Positions 59,394-64,000 of a DNA stretch of 64,000 nucleotides are shown here, one piece after another. How positions within the stretch are numbered: position 1 is the stretch's first letter; every line of letters starts with the position of its first letter. The notes below the pieces were generated by a model. It worked only from the letters and a program-made list of their open reading frames with translations, was not told the DNA's origin and searched no databases. A program made the translations under genes and the position numbers. This stretch comes from Spirochaetia bacterium (lineage in GTDB: Bacteria > Spirochaetota > Spirochaetia > UBA9216), in the NCBI GenBank assembly GCA_963675665.1, contig OY776510.1:160001-224000 (forward strand), read 5' to 3'.

Positions 59394-59450
59394 AAAAATC
59401 CCTCTATTTTTCAAAACTATTAAGCTTAAACAAAACGTATGCCTAAATTT

Positions 59451-60857
59451 CTACAATCTACCCTCAATTTCCGTCAAAATCTCATCCATTACGCTGAAAA
59501 CCCTGTCGTAATCTTCTCTGGGGATATTGATCGGCGGCAGGAATGATATTCTGTTCATGTGGTACCCGTTCAGCTGAGCAAGAACACCCTTTTCCCTCAT
59601 TTTGTTTACGATTATCTTTGTTTCTTCGATAGCCGGTTCCCTGGTTTCTGCATCGCGCACAAATTCAATTCCGAGGAAGATTCCCCGGTTGGTATATGAG
59701 CCAACCAGCGGATGGTCCTTCATCAGTTTCTCAACCAGACCGGTGAGATAGACTCCCGTCTCTGCACAATTCTCAACAAGATTATCTTCCTCATAAATGT
59801 CCAGAACCTTATTCGCTACTGCGCAACCGAGGGCAGACCCTGCGTAAGTACTGACGATATAACCGGGGGCAAGACTGTCAAAAATCTCGGCTCTGGCTAC
59901 AACCGCGCTCATCGGAACTCCGGCCCCAAGGGCTTTGCCGACAAGGAGTATATCCGGAGCGATTCCGCTGTGCTCACAGGCAAACATCTTCCCGGTCCGG
60001 CCCATCCCGGTCTGGATTTCATCGGCAATGAGAAGAAATCCGTACTTGTCAGCCAGTTCGCGCAGTTTTTTAAGAAACCCGACCGGCGGGGTGATATACC
60101 CGGACGAAGACTGTGCAGGTTCAACAATCATGGCAGCTACATTATTGATTTTGGAATAAGGATTGCCCATGCTTGTCTGACCTGTAGACATCAGATTATC
60201 AATTGCCTTAACACAGTACATGTCGCATGAACATTCTTCCTTGTCATAAGGACACCTGTAGCAGTAAGCATATGGAAACCTTTCAATGCAATGGTCCGCC
60301 GGCGGCACGGGGTTATACATGCTATGCATGGCCCCGGAGCCTGTCAGGCCCATTGTTGCAACACTCTGCCCGTGATATGCGCCGTAAAATGAGATTATCT
60401 GCTGTTTGCCGGTATAGCTCCTTGCCGCCCTTATCGCATTTTCTACAGCATCGGACCCGCTCAAACCGAGCCGTACTCTTTTGGGGAAATCTCCCGGGGT
60501 AAGAGCTATCAGCCTCTCTATAAGCTTCTGGCGTTCGGGCGTCGGGAAATCAAACCAGTGCGCGAGTTTTTTGTACTGTTCAGAGAGAACTTCCGCCACC
60601 CTGTCGTCACCATGCCCGATGTTCATCGCGGACATGGCAGAGATGCAGTCAATATACTCGTTTCCGTCTACATCCCACACCCTGGAACCTTTCCCCCTCT
60701 CCATAACGGGAGGATCAGTCCATTTTGTAAAAAGTACGTCTCCCGGATGTTCTTCATCGAGAAATTTAATCAGGCCTTCCTTGTTGCCTTTGGTATTTTT
60801 TGTAGAAGCCAGAACTCCGTCTTTTAATGCTTCATATGGTTTCTTGTTCATTTCCAT
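59451..60857 (-). CDS. class III PLP aminotransferase
   Basis: WDVDGNEYID, SGSDAVE, GAYHG, EPAQ, ADEIQTGMGRTG, VGKALG motifs; start may be 60851. Confidence 0.93.
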   Translation of the reverse strand: MEMNKKPYEALKDGVLASTKNTKGNKEGLIKFLDEEHPGDVLFTKWTDPPVMERGKGSRVWDVDGNEYIDCISAMSAMNIGHGDDRVAEVLSEQYKKLAHWFDFPTPERQKLIERLIALTPGDFPKRVRLGLSGSDAVENAIRAARSYTGKQQIISFYGAYHGQSVATMGLTGSGAMHSMYNPVPPADHCIERFPYAYCYRCPYDKEECSCDMYCVKAIDNLMSTGQTSMGNPYSKINNVAAMIVEPAQSSSGYITPPVGFLKKLRELADKYGFLLIADEIQTGMGRTGKMFACEHSGIAPDILLVGKALGAGVPMSAVVARAEIFDSLAPGYIVSTYAGSALGCAVANKVLDIYEEDNLVENCAETGVYLTGLVEKLMKDHPLVGSYTNRGIFLGIEFVRDAETREPAIEETKIIVNKMREKGVLAQLNGYHMNRISFLPPINIPREDYDRVFSVMDEILTEIEGRL

Positions 60858-60921
60858 TCCTCCGGTTGATATCGGTAAATCTCTGATAATCCCGATTCAG
60901 GGTTATCAGAGATGTCCATCA

Positions 60922-62058
60922 TTAAGCCGACCTTGAAAGATCTTGATCTATAAGACTGCAAATTTCATGATTTGCAAGTCCGAATGCTTTTGCGACACCT
61001 TCGCATGTACACATGCCGTTATAACAGTTTACACCTTCTGCCAATCCACTGTCAGATAAAACAGCATCCTCAAAACCCATTCCTGCCAGTTTCAGCCCGT
61101 ACCTGAGCGTAGTATTTGTCAATGCAATCGTTGAAGTCCTTGATACGGCACCCGGCATATTGGCGACGCAATAATGAACAACATCATCAACAATGAATAC
61201 AGGATCCTGATGAGTTGTCGCTTTGGTAGTTTCGATGCATCCGCCCTGATCAACTGCAACATCAACTATCACTGCGCCTTTTTTCATTCCGGAAAGCTGC
61301 TTTTTAAGGATCAGTTTCGGCGCCGCTTCCCCTTTCAATAGAACCGCGCCAATAACCAGATCTGCGTCCCGGATCGAGTCCTGAATATTTGCTTTCGTAC
61401 TGTATAAAGTATTTACGCGTGAACTGAAAATGTCGTCTATATACGCCAGCCTTCTGGCGCTGAGATCAAGAACGGTTACGTTAGCGCCCAGACCGACTGC
61501 CATTTTGCAGGCGTTCATGCCTACGGCCCCCGCACCGATTATCACGACATTGGCTTTCTGTACTCCCGGAACACCGCCGAGAAGAACTCCCCTTCCTCCG
61601 AAAGGTCTTTCAAGGTATTTTGCGCCTTCCTGTATTGACAGTCTGCCCGCAATCTCGCTCATGGGCTGAAGGCAGGGAAGGCCGCCTGCTGCATCTGTTA
61701 TCGTTTCATACGCAACCGCTTTCACCTTGTTGTTCAACAGTACATCAGTCAGGGGTTTATCCGCAGCAAGATGCAGATATGTATAAAGTACCAGATCTTC
61801 TCTCAGGTATTTATATTCAACTTCGATAGGTTCCTTGACTTTTACTATCATTTCCGCCGTGTTCCAGACTTTCTCTGCGCATTCAAAAATTTCAGCGCCG
61901 GCTTCGATATATTCCGAATCCTCAAACCCTGAACCTTCTCCGGCGCCTTTCTCTACCAGCACCTTGTGGCCATCATTTATATAAGCTTTTACACAACTCG
62001 GCGTTAAACCGACCCTGAATTCATTATTCTTAATTTCCTTTACCAATCCGACGACCAC
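60922..62058 (-). CDS. ald: alanine dehydrogenase
   Basis: KEIKNNEFRVGLTP, KVKEP, TYLHLA, PMSEIAGR, DVAVDQGG, HYCVANMPGAV motifs; GTG start with SD GGAGG. Confidence 0.96.
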   Translation of the reverse strand: MVVGLVKEIKNNEFRVGLTPSCVKAYINDGHKVLVEKGAGEGSGFEDSEYIEAGAEIFECAEKVWNTAEMIVKVKEPIEVEYKYLREDLVLYTYLHLAADKPLTDVLLNNKVKAVAYETITDAAGGLPCLQPMSEIAGRLSIQEGAKYLERPFGGRGVLLGGVPGVQKANVVIIGAGAVGMNACKMAVGLGANVTVLDLSARRLAYIDDIFSSRVNTLYSTKANIQDSIRDADLVIGAVLLKGEAAPKLILKKQLSGMKKGAVIVDVAVDQGGCIETTKATTHQDPVFIVDDVVHYCVANMPGAVSRTSTIALTNTTLRYGLKLAGMGFEDAVLSDSGLAEGVNCYNGMCTCEGVAKAFGLANHEICSLIDQDLSRSA

Positions 62059-62106
62059 CTGGCCCTCCTCCTGCATGACTCTATTCATGCTCATCCTGAT
62101 TTATTC

Positions 62107-62137
62107 ATATACTAATATATTAGTATATTTTTGTCAA
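62107..62137 (-). promoter_or_regulatory. promoter/operator of the ald operon
   Basis: TTGACA-N17-TAGTAT overlapped by the perfect 22-bp palindrome ATATACTAATATATTAGTATAT (62107-62128). Confidence 0.75.
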
Positions 62138-62180
62138 ATTAATTCTGCCTTTTTCTTTATAAAATTACTTCTGTGTGATT

Positions 62181-62570
62181 TTAAACCGTTATTTCGATCC
62201 TGTTCTTTTCGGGATCAAAAATGCAACTTTCAAAATATCCGTCCCCGGTTTTGCGCGGCATGCTGACAACCTCATATCCGTCATTTTTCAGCCGCTCTGT
62301 CAAATCAAGTACGGCTTCCTCGCTTCCCGCAGAAAAGACAATGTGACTGAACCCGATATTCTGATATACGGGATCATTTTTATTCTCAGGTATATCAGGT
62401 CGCTGCATTATTTCCAGCTGGTTTTCATCGTCAAACGACAGAAAATAAGACTGAAAATTTTCCGTTGCGTTTACATATTTTTCATTAGCCCTGGCATTGA
62501 AATATTTTATGTAAAAATCCTTTACAGTTTCCAAATCTTTTACCCATAATGCCGAATGTTCAATTCTCAT
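62181..62570 (-). CDS. VOC/glyoxalase family protein
   Basis: MRIEHSALWVKDLE..FY, LEIM, SHIVFS, GDGYFES..DPEKNRIE motifs. Confidence 0.88.
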   Translation of the reverse strand: MRIEHSALWVKDLETVKDFYIKYFNARANEKYVNATENFQSYFLSFDDENQLEIMQRPDIPENKNDPVYQNIGFSHIVFSAGSEEAVLDLTERLKNDGYEVVSMPRKTGDGYFESCIFDPEKNRIEITV

Positions 62571-62575
62571 ATTTT

Positions 62576-63586
62576 TTATTCCGTTAATTGTTGCGCCAGC
62601 TGACGAACCTTTCCAGCGGCTTTTCTGAGCCTTTCTTCCGACAGCATACTGCTTTCCACGCTTTCGACAATAAAATCTGCAACCTCATGGAGATGAGCCC
62701 CTGCCGCAACAAGCAGCAAATCTGCACCTGCACTAAGCGAATCCACAGCCGTCTGCTCAAGACTGCGGCCCATCAGAATGCTTTTCGAATCGAGATCATC
62801 GCTGATTATCAGCCCTTCAAAACCAAGCCCGTGCGTGAGCAGATTGACTGTCTTAACGGATGTTGACGCGGGTTCTCCGTCATCGACAGCCTCAACTATT
62901 GCAGGGCCGAGCATTACCGTTTTTACCCCGGCCTTTATCCCGGCCCGCATTATGTTCATTATCGGTTCAAGTTCTTCAGGCGAAGCCTTGCATACGGCTT
63001 CTTCAATCGCAGGATCACCTGTAATGTTCGGATAACCCGGAAAATGCTTCAAACTTGCTGATACGCCGGCCGACTGAACGCCTTTAATGTAAGTACTGAT
63101 TATCCTGAGCGCTTGTGCAGCGTCATTTCCCGGAGTCCGTCCCTGAAGCCAGGGATTACTTCCTGTCAGAATATCCGCTATCGGGGCAAGAAACAGGTTA
63201 ATCCCCAGCTTATGCGCATCAGCAGCGGTTTCGGCGCATACGGCTGCAAGCTCCGAATCAGTCATCCGGGCAGCTCCATCTATGTCGGGCAGGGGACTTA
63301 CAAGTTTATGCAGCCTTTTTATTCCGCCTATTTCCTGGTCAACGGCGATTATTGCCGAACCGCAGATCGACTTTACTGCATCAATAATTTCCAGAAAATC
63401 TTCCGGTGCTTCGGTCCCTACCCTTGCATCGCTCATTCCGCGTCCGACATATTCTTCCCTCGATTCTCCGAGCAGTACAGACACACACCCCCTGTCGAGC
63501 ATTTCCTTAACAGGATCTGCAAGAGCAAGGCTGTCGAAAGCCGGAAACATAACTGCGTAGGCCTCTTCTTTTAATGTTCTTTTCAT
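62576..63586 (-). CDS. GH3 N-terminal-domain-only glycosidase (NagZ-like, atypical)
   Basis: AVDQEIGG, APIAD, GR, KHFPGY, ISDDLD, AGADLLL motifs; lacks the D-S/T-H His. Confidence 0.8.
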   Translation of the reverse strand: MKRTLKEEAYAVMFPAFDSLALADPVKEMLDRGCVSVLLGESREEYVGRGMSDARVGTEAPEDFLEIIDAVKSICGSAIIAVDQEIGGIKRLHKLVSPLPDIDGAARMTDSELAAVCAETAADAHKLGINLFLAPIADILTGSNPWLQGRTPGNDAAQALRIISTYIKGVQSAGVSASLKHFPGYPNITGDPAIEEAVCKASPEELEPIMNIMRAGIKAGVKTVMLGPAIVEAVDDGEPASTSVKTVNLLTHGLGFEGLIISDDLDSKSILMGRSLEQTAVDSLSAGADLLLVAAGAHLHEVADFIVESVESSMLSEERLRKAAGKVRQLAQQLTE

Positions 63587-63596
63587 AAATATACCC

Positions 63597-64000
63597 TTAT
63601 ACCTTCTCATCCCATATTTCAGCATTGTCTTCAAGCATCCATAAATGCTCTTCAAGATCGATCCTGGTCTTCTTCCAGGGGTTACCGTCAAGATGCCTTA
63701 TACCCCAGACATAGTACAGAGCGTAACCCGGAGCCGCCGCCTGGGAATGAAAATCATCAGTAATCAGAAGCAGGCCGTTATGGTGCGTCTCAAAAACCTT
63801 TCCGTTGGTAAATCCCGCACCGAAGCCCTGGGGCTTGTCGTATCGGTAAAAATATACCTCAGGCTGCGGGTGCCAGTGCGGCGGGTAGCTTGACCATGTT
63901 CCCGGAAAATTGACAACTTCGCCGAGCACCATTGTTGAATACGGAGCAGTCGAGTAATCAAAAACCGTTCTTATATTACGTCTCATCTTGCCGCCGATTT
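63597..64000 (-). CDS. iolB: 5-deoxy-glucuronate isomerase IolB/KduI-like (5' end beyond window)
   Basis: GEVVNFPGTWSSYPPHWHPQPEVYFYR..PQGFG..H..AAPGY; the frame is open upstream of the listed Met to the window edge. Confidence 0.8.
   Translation of the reverse strand, partial: IGGKMRRNIRTVFDYSTAPYSTMVLGEVVNFPGTWSSYPPHWHPQPEVYFYRYDKPQGFGAGFTNGKVFETHHNGLLLITDDFHSQAAAPGYALYYVWGIRHLDGNPWKKTRIDLEEHLWMLEDNAEIWDEKV

Noticed and set aside
58452-59423. 323-aa plus-strand ORF
   Set aside because: Antisense shadow of the Zn-dehydrogenase with no motifs; the same applies to the many short overlapping ORFs in the track.

Overview
64-kb window from an anaerobic spirochete-like bacterium (inferred from 'ANGSQE/ANGAQE' binding-protein signal peptides, groEL without adjacent groES, a short ThrRS and giant Ig-repeat surface proteins). 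Housekeeping genes (pgsA, M32 carboxypeptidase, mobA, thrS with a Thr T-box, ltaE, groEL, birA, mnmA) are interrupted by two catabolic islands. (1) 5.4-19.7 kb: two different uncharacterised-looking glycyl radical enzymes (Cys loops GCIE and DGCWE), each with its own activase, plus a CUT2 sugar ABC importer, an aldehyde:ferredoxin oxidoreductase, MoaD and a HAD phosphatase. Both operons carry the same promoter with a LysR-type box, so they look like one regulon. This is the best candidate for an undescribed system. (2) 52.9-64 kb: IolB-like, atypical GH3, alanine dehydrogenase, class III aminotransferase, two dehydrogenases and a sugar ABC importer, sharing a palindromic operator; a candidate amino-cyclitol/amino-polyol catabolic pathway. 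Also present: a fused PlsA/PlsR(Ger)-like ether-lipid enzyme coupled to an ArnE/F-like small transporter, a pair of giant Ig-repeat proteins, a ~150-nt rod-like hairpin and several apparently leaderless genes. All calls come from motif recognition by eye; no database searches were run.
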